Shown here piece by piece: positions 39,970 through 53,222 of a stretch of DNA of 64,000 nt; positions within the stretch are counted from its first letter, which is position 1, and each line of letters begins with the position of its first letter. A model generated the notes under the pieces. The model worked only from the letters and a program-made list of their open reading frames with translations, had not been told where the DNA came from and ran no database searches. A program made the translations under genes and the position numbers. Source of the DNA: Anaeramoeba ignava BMAN (lineage: Eukaryota > Protista > Anaeramoebae); the NCBI GenBank assembly GCA_028826165.1, contig JAPDFW010000054.1:310001-374000 (forward strand). The letters are read 5' to 3'.

Positions 39970-41630
39970 TTAAATAATTAATTTAAAAATAAATAATAAA
40001 TTTTAAAAATAAATTAATAATTTATTATTAAATTATAATAATAAAAAGATCTCCCAATAAATTATAAATTAATTATTATTAAAATTTTGAATAAAAATTA
40101 ATCAAAATAAATGAAGAATAAAAATTAATTAAAATTTTGATTAAATAATCAATTTAAAAATAAATAATCAATTTTAAAAATAAATTAATAATTTATTAGT
40201 AAATTATAATAATAAAAAGATCTCTAATAAATTATAAATTAATTATTATTAAAATTTTGAATAAAAATTAATTAAAATAAATGAAGAATAAAAATTAATT
40301 AAAATTTTGATTAAATAATTAATTTAAAAATAAATAATAAATTTTAAAAATAAATTAATAAATTATTAGTAAATTATAATAATAAAAAGATCTCCTAATA
40401 AATTATAAATTAATTATTATTAAAAATTGAATAAAAATTAATTAAAATAAATGAAGAATAAAAATTAATTAAAATTTTGATTAAATAATCAATTTAAAAA
40501 TAAATAATAAATTTTAAAAATAAATTAATAATTTATTAGTAAATTATAATAATAAAAAGATCTCCCAATAAATTATAAATTAATTATTATTAAAATTTTG
40601 AATAAAAATTAATTAAAATAAATGAAGAATAAAAATTAATTAAAATTTTGATTAAGTAATCAATTTAAAAATAAATAATAAATTTTAAAAATAAATTAAT
40701 AATTTATTATTAAATTATAATAATAAAAAGATCTTCTAATAAATTATAAATTAATTATTATTAAAATTTTGAATAAAAATAATCAAAATAAATGAAGAAT
40801 AAAAATTAATTAAAATTTTGATTAAATAATCAATTTAAAAATAAATAATAAATTTTAAAAATAAATTAATAATTTATTATTAAATTATAATAATAAAAAG
40901 ATCCTCTAATAAATTATTTATTAATTATTATTAAAATTTTGAATAAAAATAATCAAAATAAATGAAGAATAATAATTAATTAAAATTTTGATTAAATAAT
41001 CAATTTAAAAATAAATAATAAATTTTAAAAATAAATTAATAATTTATTATTAAATTATTATAATAAAAGATCTCCTAATAAATTATTTATTAATTATTAT
41101 TAAAAATTGAATAAAAATTAATTAAAATAAATGAAGAATAAAAATTAATTAAAATTTTGATTAAATAATCAATTTAAAAATAAATAATAAATTTTAAAAA
41201 TAAATTAATAATTTATTAGTAAATTATAATAATAAAAAGATCTTCTAATAAATTATAAATTAATTATTATTAAAATTTTGAATAAAAATTAATCAAAATA
41301 AATGAAGAATAATAATTAATTAAAATTTTGATTAAATAATCAATTTAAAAATAAATAATAAATTTTAAAAATAAATTAATAATTTATTAGTAAATTATAA
41401 TAATAAAAAGATCTTCTAATAAATTATTAATTAATTATTATTAAAATTTTGAATAAAAATTAATCAAAATAAATGAAGAATAATAATTAATTAAAATTTT
41501 GATTAAATAATCAATTTAAAAATAAATAATAAATTTTAAAAATAAATTAATAATTTATTATTAAATTATAATAATAAAAAGATCTTCTAATAAATTATTA
41601 ATTAATTATTATTAAAATTTTGAATAAAAA
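39970..41630. repeat. Satellite array, about 10 copies of a 169-171-bp AT-rich monomer
   Basis: The G of the AAAAGATC landmark recurs at 40048, 40219, 40389, 40559, 40730, 40900, 41069, 41239, 41410 and 41581. Confidence 0.95.
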
Positions 41631-41722
41631 AAAGAAAAGCAAAAAAATTTTTTTCCTTTTTTCATTTTTTTTCCTTTTTTCCTTTTTTCATTTTTTCATT
41701 TTTTTTGTAAATTTCAAACAAA

Positions 41723-43675
41723 ATGAATTCAACTCGAAACACTGATTCTGATGAAAAAAAACATTTAAAACGAAATTCAAATTCAAATTCAAATGAAAAA
41801 TCAAAAGAAAAACCAAAAGAAAAATCAAAAGAAAAATCAAAAGAAAAACCAAAAGAAAAATCAAAAGAAAAATCAAAAGAAAAATCAAAAGAAAAATCAA
41901 ATCAAAAATCAAAAGAAAAATCAAAAGAAAAATCAAAAGAAAAATCAAATGAAAAATCAAATCAAAAATCAAATAAATCAAATAATTCAAATGAAAAATC
42001 AAATCAAAAATCAAATAAATCAAATAATTCAAATGAAAAATCAAAAGAAAAATCAAATGAAAAATCAAATAAAAAATCAAAAGAAAAATCAAAATCAAAT
42101 GAAAAATCAAATGAAAAATCAAAAGAAAAATCAAATGAAAAACCAAATAAAAATTCAAATGAAAAATCAAATCAAAAATCAAATCAAAAATATATAAAGT
42201 CTAGAAAAGAAAAAGAAAAAGAAAAACATTCAAAAAAAATGTTGCATGAGGATTTTTTAAACTGTTATACCTCATTTAATCACCTCACAAATTTTACCAT
42301 TTTTATCAAAAATTCTGAAAACCCACCAATTGAATTTAAAACTCACAAAATTATTCTAAGTACTCGTTCTCCTTTTTTCCACAAATACTTCTGTGTTCGA
42401 CATTGTCCAGAAATTTATTTTGAAAATATCAATCCAGAAATGATGAAATTAGTGTTGGATTACATTTATTTAGGAAAACTATTCCATAAACAACAAAAAA
42501 AAGAAGATTTAATCTCACTTTTGAAAATGTCAATTCATTTGGAGTTGGATTTTTTTGTCAATTATGTCACAAAAAAAATTACTAAATCTTTGGATCAACA
42601 GAATATTTTCTATTTCTTCAAAAACAATGAAATTGTTAAATCAAGTAAAATTGAATCAAAATGTCTTCATTTCATTCACTCTCATTTTTCACAATTTGAT
42701 AAACAATCCTTTTCTAATCTGGAAGAACACCAAATTTGCCAAATTATCCAGAGCAAAATTGATACAGACAAATATTTACCAATTAATTATTTCCAAATGA
42801 TTGAATCTTGGCATAAATCAAAATTGAAAACAGAAATGCAAATAATTCAAAAAAACCGATTAAATCGAATAATCAACGGTCTTTTCCAAAATTTCAGTCC
42901 AAAATTAGTTGATAAGCAGTTTATAGAAGATTTAAGATCATTCACTTTTTTGTCAGACTTTTTTTTAAGATTTGATCAATTCGAAGTCGAAGAGAAAAAC
43001 AAAAAATTACAAGATCAAATCGATATACAAGACAAAGAAATGGAAAAACAAAAAAAGAATTATATCAAAAACCAACAAAAATATGAAAAAGAAGCAAATG
43101 AAATGCAGAGAAAAATCAATTTTAATTTAATGGATACATTTTTACTCGAAAATTTCGAATATATTCAAATTTTGAAAAAATGGATCAATGATGACAATTT
43201 CTTTAGTAAAATGCAATTAGGATTTTCTGCAAAAAGAGATGGATTCAGTTCCAAAAATTTCCATGATTTTTGTGACAATAAGGGGAAAACATTAGTTATC
43301 ATTCAATCAAAAAATAACTTTATTTTTGGAGGATTTACTGAAGTTGGTTGGATTTCTGGTGAAAATAATAGAGGAATTAAAGATCTAAATGCATTTCTTT
43401 TTAGTTTGAAAAATCCTGAACAAACTTCTCCACAAAAATTTCCTTTCAAAAGAGAAGCAGAAAATGAATTTGCTCTTCAATATAATTTGGAATGGGGTCC
43501 ATATTTTGGTAATAGTGATTTAGCTATTATTTCTTCAAATTTGAAAAATGGAAGTTCAATTTATTTTGGTCAATCTTATGTTTTACCTGAAAAAATTGAT
43601 TTTAAAACAAAACAATCAAGGAATTATTTTGAAAAATTGAAGAAGTTCTTTGTTTTTCATTTAAAAGAGAAATAA
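41723..43675 (+). CDS. BTB(-BACK)-coiled-coil-TLDc protein with N-terminal KEKS/NEKS repeats
   Basis: BTB: FKTHKIILSTRSPFF, VLDYIYLG. TLDc: FSAKRDGFSSKNFHDFCDNKGKTLVII, IFGGFT, AFLFSL, WGPYFG. Confidence 0.9.
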   Translation: MNSTRNTDSDEKKHLKRNSNSNSNEKSKEKPKEKSKEKSKEKPKEKSKEKSKEKSKEKSNQKSKEKSKEKSKEKSNEKSNQKSNKSNNSNEKSNQKSNKSNNSNEKSKEKSNEKSNKKSKEKSKSNEKSNEKSKEKSNEKPNKNSNEKSNQKSNQKYIKSRKEKEKEKHSKKMLHEDFLNCYTSFNHLTNFTIFIKNSENPPIEFKTHKIILSTRSPFFHKYFCVRHCPEIYFENINPEMMKLVLDYIYLGKLFHKQQKKEDLISLLKMSIHLELDFFVNYVTKKITKSLDQQNIFYFFKNNEIVKSSKIESKCLHFIHSHFSQFDKQSFSNLEEHQICQIIQSKIDTDKYLPINYFQMIESWHKSKLKTEMQIIQKNRLNRIINGLFQNFSPKLVDKQFIEDLRSFTFLSDFFLRFDQFEVEEKNKKLQDQIDIQDKEMEKQKKNYIKNQQKYEKEANEMQRKINFNLMDTFLLENFEYIQILKKWINDDNFFSKMQLGFSAKRDGFSSKNFHDFCDNKGKTLVIIQSKNNFIFGGFTEVGWISGENNRGIKDLNAFLFSLKNPEQTSPQKFPFKREAENEFALQYNLEWGPYFGNSDLAIISSNLKNGSSIYFGQSYVLPEKIDFKTKQSRNYFEKLKKFFVFHLKEK

Positions 43676-43724
43676 AATTGAATTTTCATAATTTTAATAA
43701 TTTTAATTTGAATAATTTTAATTT

Positions 43725-44800
43725 TAATAATTTCTTGTTGTTGGAAATTTTTTGGATTGAATTTGAATTTTGATTTTAATTTTGATTTTAATAATTTTAA
43801 TTATTTTAATAATTTTGATTTTAATAATTTTAATAATTTCTTGTTATTGGAAATTTTTTGGATTGAATTTGATTTTGATTTTAATTTTGTTTTTTTGAAT
43901 TTTGAATTTTAATAATTTTAATTTTAATAATTTCTTGTTATTGGAAATTTTTTGGATTGAATTTGAATTTGATTTTAATTTTGTTTTTAATAATTTTAAT
44001 TTGAATTTGATTTTGATTTTAAATTTAAATTTTGATTTTAATAATTTAAATTTTAATAATTTTAATTTTAATAACTTTAATAATTTCTTGTTGTTGGAAA
44101 TTTTTTGGATTGAATTTGATTTTGATTTTAATTTTGTTTTTTTGAATTTTGATTTGAATAATTTTAATTTTAATAATTTTAATTTGAATATTTAAATTTT
44201 AATAATTTTAATAATTTTAATAATTTCTTGTTATTGGAAATTTTTTGGATTGAATTTGATTTTTAATTTAAATTTTGTTTTTAATTTTAATAATTTTAAT
44301 AATTTTAATAATTTCTTGTTATTGGAAATTTTTTGGATTGAATTTGATTTTGTTTTTTAATTTAAATTTTAATAATTTTAATAATTTTAATAATTTCTTG
44401 TTATTGGAAATTTTTTGGATTGAATTTGATTTTGATTTTAATTTTGTTTTTTTGAATTTTGATTTTTAATAATTTTAATTTTAATAATTTGATTTTGATT
44501 TTAATTTTGTTTTTTTGAATTTTGATTTGAATAATTTAAATTTTAATAATTTTAATAATTTTAATAATTTCTTGTTATTGGAAATTTTTTGGATTGAATT
44601 TTGATTTTTAATAATTTTGTTTTTTAATTTAAATTTTAATAATTTTAATAATTTTAATAATTTCTTGTTATTGGAAATTTTTTGGATTGAATTTGAATTT
44701 GATTTTGATTTTTAATGAAAATTGTTTTTTTGAATTTTAATGATTTTTAATAATTTCTTGTTATTGGAAATTTTTTGGATTGAATTTGATTTTGATTTTT
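43725..44800. repeat. Ten copies of a ~40-bp core separated by variable AT microsatellite spacers
   Basis: Core AATAATTTCTTGTTRTTGGAAATTTTTTGGATTGAATTT, lying between convergent 3' ends. Confidence 0.9.
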
Positions 44801-44895
44801 AATGAAAATTGTTTTTTTGAATTTTGAAAAGTAAAAAAAAATATTGGAAATTTGATGAAAAAAAAAAGGCAAAAGGAAAAAAAAGGAAAAGGCAA

Positions 44896-46651
44896 TTAAT
44901 TATCACCAAAAGGAGGAGGAATATCATCACCAAAAGGAGGAGTATATCATCACCAAAAGGAGGAGGAATATCATCACCAAAAGGAGGAGGAATATCACCA
45001 AGAGGAGGAGGAATATCACCAAGAGGAGGAGGAATATTATCAAATGGAGGAGGAGTTGGACCTTCCATTGGAGGAGGTTTTGGGCCATCTATTGGAGGTG
45101 GAGGTGGACCATCAAAAGGAGGAGGAGTCGGGGGCAATATTGCTGTATTCTCAATTGTAAGTGAAGTTTTTGGAGTATGACCTGATATTTTTTGTGATTT
45201 TGATTGCATCTCATCTCCTGTTTGTGATGTTAATGATTCACCAGTTTCTGTTTCTGTTTCTGTTTCTGTTTTTTCTTCTTCTTTTTTTTCGCTTGATTTT
45301 AAAATTGCTTCTTGAATTGGTTTTTCTGATTTGTTTTTCGTCTTAATTAAACTTGTTTCTTGATTTGGATTTGTTAAACTTGTTCCAATTTCATCAAGTG
45401 CGCTGAAGTTTAAATGACATCCTTTTAAGTTTATCAATGTTTTTTGTTTGTATTCTGTTGGTATTTGATCTTCAGGTAATTTGTGTGTTTTTTCTCCTTC
45501 TATTGGTATTCTTTCTTTGTATAATTTTTGTAATCCTGCTTGGCCAACTCTAATATGAGCTCCTTTGATTCTCTTTTGATACACATTTTAATATTAATTT
45601 TAATTTTAATTTTAATTTCAAAATGAATTTTAAATTTTAAATTTAATTTTAATTTTAATTTTAATTTTAATTTTAATTTTAATTTTAAATTTTAATTTTA
45701 ATTTTAATTTTAATTTTAATTTTAATTTTAATTTTAATTTTAATTTTAATTTTAATTTTAATTTTAATTTTAATTTTAATTTTAATTTTAATTTTAATTT
45801 TAATTTTAATTTTGATTTTAAATTTTAATTTTGATTTTGATTTTAATTTTAATTTTAATTTTTAATTTTATTTTTGATTTTAATTTTAATATTAATTTTA
45901 ATTTTAATTTTAATTTTAATTTTAATTTCAAATTTTAATTTTAAGTTAATTTTGATTTTTAATTTTAATTTTAATTTTAATTTTAATTTTAATTTTAATT
46001 TTAATTTTAATTTTAATTTTAATTTTAATTTTAATTTTAATTTTAAATTTTAATTTTAATTTGAATTTTAATTTTAATTTTAATTTTTTTAAATTTTAAT
46101 TTTTTTAAATTTTGATTTTAATTTCAAATTGAATTTTAATTTTAATTTTAATATTAATTTTAATTTTAATTTAAATTTAATTTTAATTTTAATTTTAATT
46201 TTAATTTTAATTTTAATTTTAATTTTAATTTTAATTTTAATTTTAATTTTAATTTTGATTTAGATTTTAATTTTAATTTTCATTTTCATTTTAATTTTAA
46301 TTATATTAATTTTAATTTTGAAAATATTTCTTAAATTAATTTTGAACATGTAAAAAAACTTACAGCAAGAGCTGAACGAATTTCCAAATCTAACTTTTCA
46401 ACTTGTTGTTCTTGAAGTGAAAGAAGGTTATTAAGATGAGTACTTACAGTAAAAATATGTTGAGCAACTTTTTGCAAACCTTCATTAACCTCATTTTGTG
46501 TTTTCATTTTTGTTTCATCTGGATTATGTTGATATTCGGTAATATTTGTTTGTGCTGTTTTATCAAGTTGTTGTGATGATTCATATAATTCTTCAAGTGA
46601 TTTAGGAAGAAGTCCATTCATATAATCATTTAACTGTTCGGTTAAATCCAT
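44896..46651 (-). CDS. ABI: Abl-interactor (ABI) subunit of the SCAR/WAVE complex, without SH3
   Basis: Exons 46651-46364 and 45572-44896. The N-terminal helical region (LPKSLEELYES..KTQ..VNEGLQKVAQHI..LNNLLSLQ..LDLEI) matches ABI, followed by a polyproline tail. 1-nt frameshift at ~44942 in the GDDIPPPF repeat. Confidence 0.75.
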
Positions 46652-47381
46652 TTTTGTTTAAAACGAAAAAAAAAAAACAAAACAATAAAAAATGAAAAAG
46701 AAAAAAATGAAAAAGAAAAAAATGAAAAGAAAAAAATGAAAAAGAAAAAAATGAAAAAGAAAAAAATGAAAAAAAGTTTTTTAATTTTAATTTTAATTTA
46801 AATTTTAATTTTTAATTTTAATTTTAATTTTAATTTTAATTTTAATTTTAATTTTGATTTTGATTTTGATTTTAATTTTAATTTTGATTTTAATTTTGAT
46901 TTTGATTTTGATTTTGATTTTGATTTTAAATTTGATTTTAATTTTGATTTTAATTTTAATTTTAATTTTAATTTTGATTTTTATTTTAATTTTAAATTTG
47001 ATTTTAATTTTAAATTTAATTTTAATTTTAATTTTGATTTTGATTTTGATTTTGATTTTGATTTTAATTTTAATTTTAATTTTAATTTTAAATTTGATTT
47101 TAATTTTGATTTTAATTTTAATTTTTAATTTTAATTTTGATTTTAATTTTAAATTTGATTTTGATTTTAATTTTGATTTTAATTTTAATTTTAATTTTAA
47201 TTTTAATTTTGATTTTAATTTTGATTTTAATTTTTATTTTAATTTTAAATTTGATTTTAATTTTAATTTTAATTTTAATTTTAATTTTAATTTTAATTTT
47301 GATTTTGATTTTAATTTTAATTTTAAATTTGATTTTAATTTTAATTTTAATTTTAATTTTGATTTTAATTTTAATTTTGAT

Positions 47382-50300
47382 TTAAATTTGATTTTGATTA
47401 TTAAATTTGTTAATTAATAAATCAAATAAATTTGGATTTGTTTGATTTAATTGAAAATAATCAATTCCTTTTTGAATTTCATTAATTATTTCTTGTGTAA
47501 TTTGAATTCCATCTTTAATTTGATTTGAATAAATCCAATATTCAAATATTTGAAATGATTTATTACTTAATTCACTATAATCTGTAACTTTATTAGAAGT
47601 ATCTTCTGTTACAGATAAAAACATTCCTCGATATAATTCACTTCTCATTATTAATATTAATTTGGGGAATTTATATTGTTTTTCTTTTCTTTCAATAATA
47701 AAATCTTTTTCATTTTCATTTTCATTTAAATAAATTCTTTTCATTGTTTCTTCTATTTTTTCATTGGAATTTATAATTTCTTTAATTTCAGAATATAATT
47801 TTGGATTTATTATTCTGTTTGAGTAAATCATTTCAAATATTTGATTTGATTCTTTAATTGATTTTATTTGAAATAATTTCTTGAAGTTTTTCAATTTCAT
47901 TTTCATTTTGGTTTAATCTATATTTCAATATTAATTTATGAGCTTCAATTATTTCTCCATTTTCTGTTTTAAATGAAATATTACAAAATTCTTTTCTTCT
48001 AAATAGTTTTATCAAATCTTCTTCAAGATTGGAAAAAGAAGGAGAATAATAAAGAAATGATTTCGAATATCCACAAGAAACATGATAATTGGAAATATCT
48101 TCATTAAATCTTAATTTAGGAAGTTCAATTTGAATTGGAATTGATTGATCTTTTGTATCTCCAGTTCCTAATTCACCAAATAAATTATGTCCAAATACTA
48201 TTAATTTTGAATTGGAAGTTAAAATCAAAGTATGATCACTTCCAACAGAAAAATCAATAATATTATCATTTTCAAATAAAGATGATTTGATTTCAGTAAA
48301 TTCATAAGTATTTGTGCCAAGTCCATTATTTTCATAATCTCCACATGAATAAAGTTTTCTTTTTGGATTTTGATTTTCATTTTCAATCAACATTATTGAA
48401 TGGAAACTTCCACATTGAATATCAATTATTTTGCCTTTTGGAATACTTTGGATTTTGGTTAATTTTTGGATTTTTGTTTCTTTTCTTGATTCTAACCCAA
48501 GTTTACCATATATGTTATCACCGCATCCAAATAATTCTTGATTTGAATTTAAAAGAAAAACATGCTTTGAAGTATTTCCTGAAAATATTTTAGAAACATT
48601 TTTCATCATTAAAATTGGTTTTTTTGTATGTTTAAGTGTTTTAGAATCAAAACCAAGTTGACCTAAATAATTTGAACCAATTCCATAAGCATTATGATTT
48701 GAAGTTAATAAGTAAATTGAACGATTTGCAGAAACAACATCTTCAATTATTCTATCATTTTTATCTTCAATTAATGATGAAATATTGATAAATTCATTTA
48801 TATTATTTGGATTACTATTTTTTCCTTTTGGCAAATACATTTCCTTCTATTGTTAAAATAGCTTCATTATCATCACCAACAGTTACTTTTTGAATATTTT
48901 CTTCAATTTGGATTTTTGAAGGATTTTGATTTGAATCACTTAAATATTCTATCGCTTTTCCATTTTTAAAAAGGAAAATTGTTGAAAAATTTCCTGATGA
49001 AATTTGTTTAATTTGTTTTTCATTTTCATTTTCATTTTCATTTTCAAATTTAAATTGAATTGGTTTTGTTATTTTTTCTGTTTCATTTTCGAAAAGTTTT
49101 GGATATTCATTTAAACCAAAAAATAAACAATCATTCATTTTTTGTGCATCTTCTTTTTCTTGTATTTGATTATTAAATTTGTTAATTAATAAATCAAATA
49201 AATTTGGATATGTTTGATTTAATTGAAAATAATCAATTCCAATTTTAATTTCATCAATTATTTCTTGTGTAATTTCAATTTCATCTTTAATTTGATTTGA
49301 ATAAATCCAATATTCAAATATTTGAAATGATTTATTACTTAATTCACTATAATCTGTAACTTTATTAGATTTATCTTCAGTTACAGATAAAAACATTCCT
49401 CGATATAATTCACTTCTCATTATTAATATTAATTTAGGGAATTTATATTGTTTTTCTTTTCTTTCAATAATAAAATCTTTTTCATTTTCATTTTCATTTA
49501 AATAAATTCTTTTCATTGTTTCTTCAATTTTTTCATTTGAATTTATAATTTCTTTAATTTCAGAATATAATTTTGGATTTATTATTCTGTTTGAATAAAT
49601 CATTTCAAATATTTGATTTGATTCTTTAATTGATTTATTTGAAATAATTTCTTGAAGTTTTTCAATTTCATTTTCATTTTGATTTTGATTTAATCTATAT
49701 TTCAATATTAATTTATGAGCTTCAATTATTTCTCCATTTTCGGTTTTAAATGAAATATTACAAAATTCTTTTCTTCTAAATAATTTTATCAAATCTTCTT
49801 CAAGATTGGAAAAAGAAGGAAGAAAAGGAGAATAATAAAGAAATGAATTATTATATCCACAAGAAATATGATAATTGGAAATATTTTCATTAAATCTTAA
49901 TTTAGGAAGTTCAATTTGAATTGGAATTGATTTATTTTTTTCTGTATTTCCAGTTCCTAATTGACCAGAATTATTATTTCCAAATACAATAGATTTCCCT
50001 TTGGAAGTTAAAATCAAATTATGATATTGCCCACAAGAAATTTCAATAATATTATCATCATTTTCAAATAAAGATGATTTGATTTCAGTAAATTCATAAG
50101 TATTATTATATACTGTGCCAAGTCCATTAAAAAAAGATCTTCCACATGAATAAAGTTTTCTTTTTGGATTTTCATTTTCATTTTCAATCAACATTATTGA
50201 ATGGAAACCTCCACATTGAATATCAATTATTTTGCCTTTTGGAATATTTTGGATTCTGGTTAATTTTTGGATTTTATCTTCTTTTCTTATTGATTCTCCT

Positions 50301-50980
50301 AACCCAACTTGACCATCACTATTTAATCCGCATACAAATAATTCTTGGTTTGAATTTAAAAGAAAAATATGATTTGAAGAATTTCCTGAAAATATTTTAG
50401 AAATATTTTTCATCATTAAAATTGGTAATTCGGATTGATGAAAAGAGCCAAGACCAAGTTGGTAATATCGATTAGAACCAATTCCATAAGCATTTTGATT
50501 TGAAGTTAATAAGTAAATTGAATCAGCTCCAGAAACAATATCTTTAATTATTCTATCATTTGTATCTTCAATTAATGATGAAATATTGATAAATTCATTT
50601 GGATTTTCTGGATTAATATATTTTCCTTTGGCAAATACATTTCCTTCTTTTGTTAAAATAGCTTCATTTTGAAAACCAACAGTTACTTTTTGAATATTTT
50701 CTTCAATTTGGATTTTTGAAGGATTTTGATCTGAATATCTTTCATTTAAATATTCTATTGCTTTTCCATTTTTAAAAAGGAAAATTGTTGAAAAATTTCC
50801 TGAAGAAATTTGTTTAATTTGTTTTTCATTTTCATTTTCATTTTCATTTTCTTTTTCATTTTCATTTTCTTTTTCATTTTCATTTTCAAATTTAAATTGG
50901 ATTGGTGGTGTTATTATTTCTGGTTCATTTTTGATAAGAATCGAATTTTGATTTGAACCAAAAAATAAACAATCATTCAT
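47382..50980 (-). CDS. Double RCC1-BTB protein (two units fused in frame)
   Basis: Unit 1 (50980-49139) reads without a stop through NQIQEKEDAQK into a second MNDCLFFG at 49138. Homopolymer frameshifts at ~48820 and ~47863. Confidence 0.75.
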
Positions 50981-51101
50981 TTTTGAAAAGAAAAAAAATG
51001 AAAAAAATGTTTTTTTGGATTTTAATTTTAATTTTAATTTTAATTGAAAATCAATTCCTATTTTGGTTTCATCAATAATTTCTTGTGTAATTTGATTGAA
51101 A

Positions 51102-53077
51102 TTAAAAAATGAAACATTTTTCTTTTTTCCTTCGTGATCTTGATTTTGATTTTGATTTTGATTTTGATTTTAAATGATTAATTTGATTTTGATTTTGATT
51201 TTGAATTTGAATTTTATTTTGAATTTCCTCTTCTTTTTGAATTTGAATGTAATTTTGATTATTAAATTGCTTAATTAATAAATCAAATAAATTTGGATTT
51301 GTTTGATTTAATTGAAAATAATCAATTCCTTTTGAATTTCATTAATTATTTCTTGTGTAATTTGAATTACATTTTTAATTTGATTTGAATAAATCCAATA
51401 TTCAAATATTTGAAATGATTTATTACTTAATTCACTATAATCTTTAACTTTATTAGAAGTATCATCTGTTACAGATAAAAACATTCCTCGATATAATTCA
51501 CTTCTCATTATTAATATTAATTTTGGAAATTTATATTGTTTTTCTTTTCTTTCAATAATAAAATCTTTTTCATTTTCATTTTCATTTAAATAAATTCTTT
51601 TCATTGTTTCTTCAATTTTTTCATTTAAATTTATAATTTCTTTAATTTCAGAATATAATTTTGGATTTATAATTCTGTTTGAATAAATCATTTCAAATAT
51701 TTGATTTGATTCTTTAATTGATTTTATTTGAAATAATTTCTTGAAGTTTTTCAATTTCATTTTGATTTTGATTTAATCTATATTTCAATATTAATTTATG
51801 AGCTTCAATTATTTCTCCATTTTTGGTTTTAAACGAAATATCACAAAATTCTTTTCTTCTAAATAATTTTATCAAATCTTCTTCAAGATTGGAAAAAGAA
51901 AGAGGAGAATAATAAATAAATGAATTGCCTGTTCCACAAGAAATATGATAATTGGAAATATTTTCATTAAATCTTAATTTAGGAAGTTCAATTTGAATTG
52001 GAATTGATTGATTTTCTTTATCTCCAGTTCCTAATTCACCAGAACCATTATCTCCAAATCCTATTAATTTCAAGTTGGAAGTTAAAATCAAAGTATGAGA
52101 ATTTCCAACAGAAATATCAAGAAATATCATTATTTTCAAATAAAGATGATTTGATTTCAGTAAATTCATAAGTATTTTCATATTTATCAAGTCCATTAAA
52201 TTTAGAAGCTCCACATGAATAAAGCTTTCTTTTTGGATTTTCATTTTCATTTTCATTTTCAATTTCAATCAACATTATTGAAAGAGCGGCTCCACATTGA
52301 ATATCAATTATTTTACCTTTTGGAATATTTTGGATTTTGGTTAATTTATCTATATAGGTAATTTTTTTTCCTAATCCAAGTTGACCATAAAAATTATCTC
52401 CACATGAAAATAATTCTTGATTTGAATTTAAAAGAAAAACATGATTTGAATTATTTCCTGAAAATATTTTAGAAACATTTTTCATCATTAAAATTGGTTT
52501 TCTTGCTTTATTCAGTGTTTTAGAATCAAAACCAAGTTGACCATATCGATTACGACTAATTCCATAAGCATTTTGATTTGAAGTTAATAAGTAAATTGAT
52601 TCATATCCAGAAATAATATCTTCAATTATTCTATCATTTGTATCTTCAATTAATGATGAAATATTGGTAAATTCTTTTCTACTTGTGAAACTAATATCAT
52701 ATCCTTTTGCAAATACATTTCCTTCTATTGTTAAAATAGCTTCATCTTGACCGCCAACAGTTACTTTTTGAATATTTTCTTCAATTTGGATTTTTGAAGG
52801 ATTTTGATTTGAATCATTTTCTTTTAGATATTCTATTGCTTTTCCATTTTTAAAAAGGAAAATTGTTGAAAAAATTTCCTGATGAAATTTGTTTAATTTG
52901 TTTTTCATTTTCATTTTCATTTTCATTTTCATTTTCATTTTCATTTTCATTTTCATTTTCATTTTCATTTTCATTTTCATTTTCAAATTTAAATTGAATT
53001 GGTTTTGTTATTGAATCTGGTTCATTTTTGATAAGTTTTGGAAATTGATTTCTTCCAAAAAATAAACAATCATTCAT
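51102..53077 (-). CDS. RCC1-repeat + BTB-like protein (frameshifted copy; exact stop uncertain)
   Basis: MNDCLFFG start. RCC1 blades (GDNFYGQLGLG, ISVGNSHTLIL) and BTB-like EFCDISF..IEAHKLILKYR. Several 1-nt indels (~52873, ~52125, ~51723, ~51332). Confidence 0.75.
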
Positions 53078-53222
53078 TTTTTGAAAGAAAAAAATGAAAA
53101 AAAGAAAAAATGAAAAAAATGAAAAAAATGAAAAAAAGTTTTTTAATTTTAATTTTAATTTTAATTTTAATTTGAATTTTAATTTTAATTTTAATTTTAA
53201 ATTTTAATTAATGATTTCTTGT

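Noticed and set aside
43725-44800. CRISPR-like repeat-spacer appearance
   Set aside because: The spacers are low-complexity, related to each other and very uneven in length. There are no cas genes and the context is eukaryotic.
3004-47417. ILIL, KIKI, NNFI, KLFI and FNFN ORFs (e.g. 3828, 7308, 12221, 12543, 16528, 41688, 41793, 43902, 46854)
   Set aside because: These are translations of microsatellites in introns or spacers, or shadow frames of real genes.
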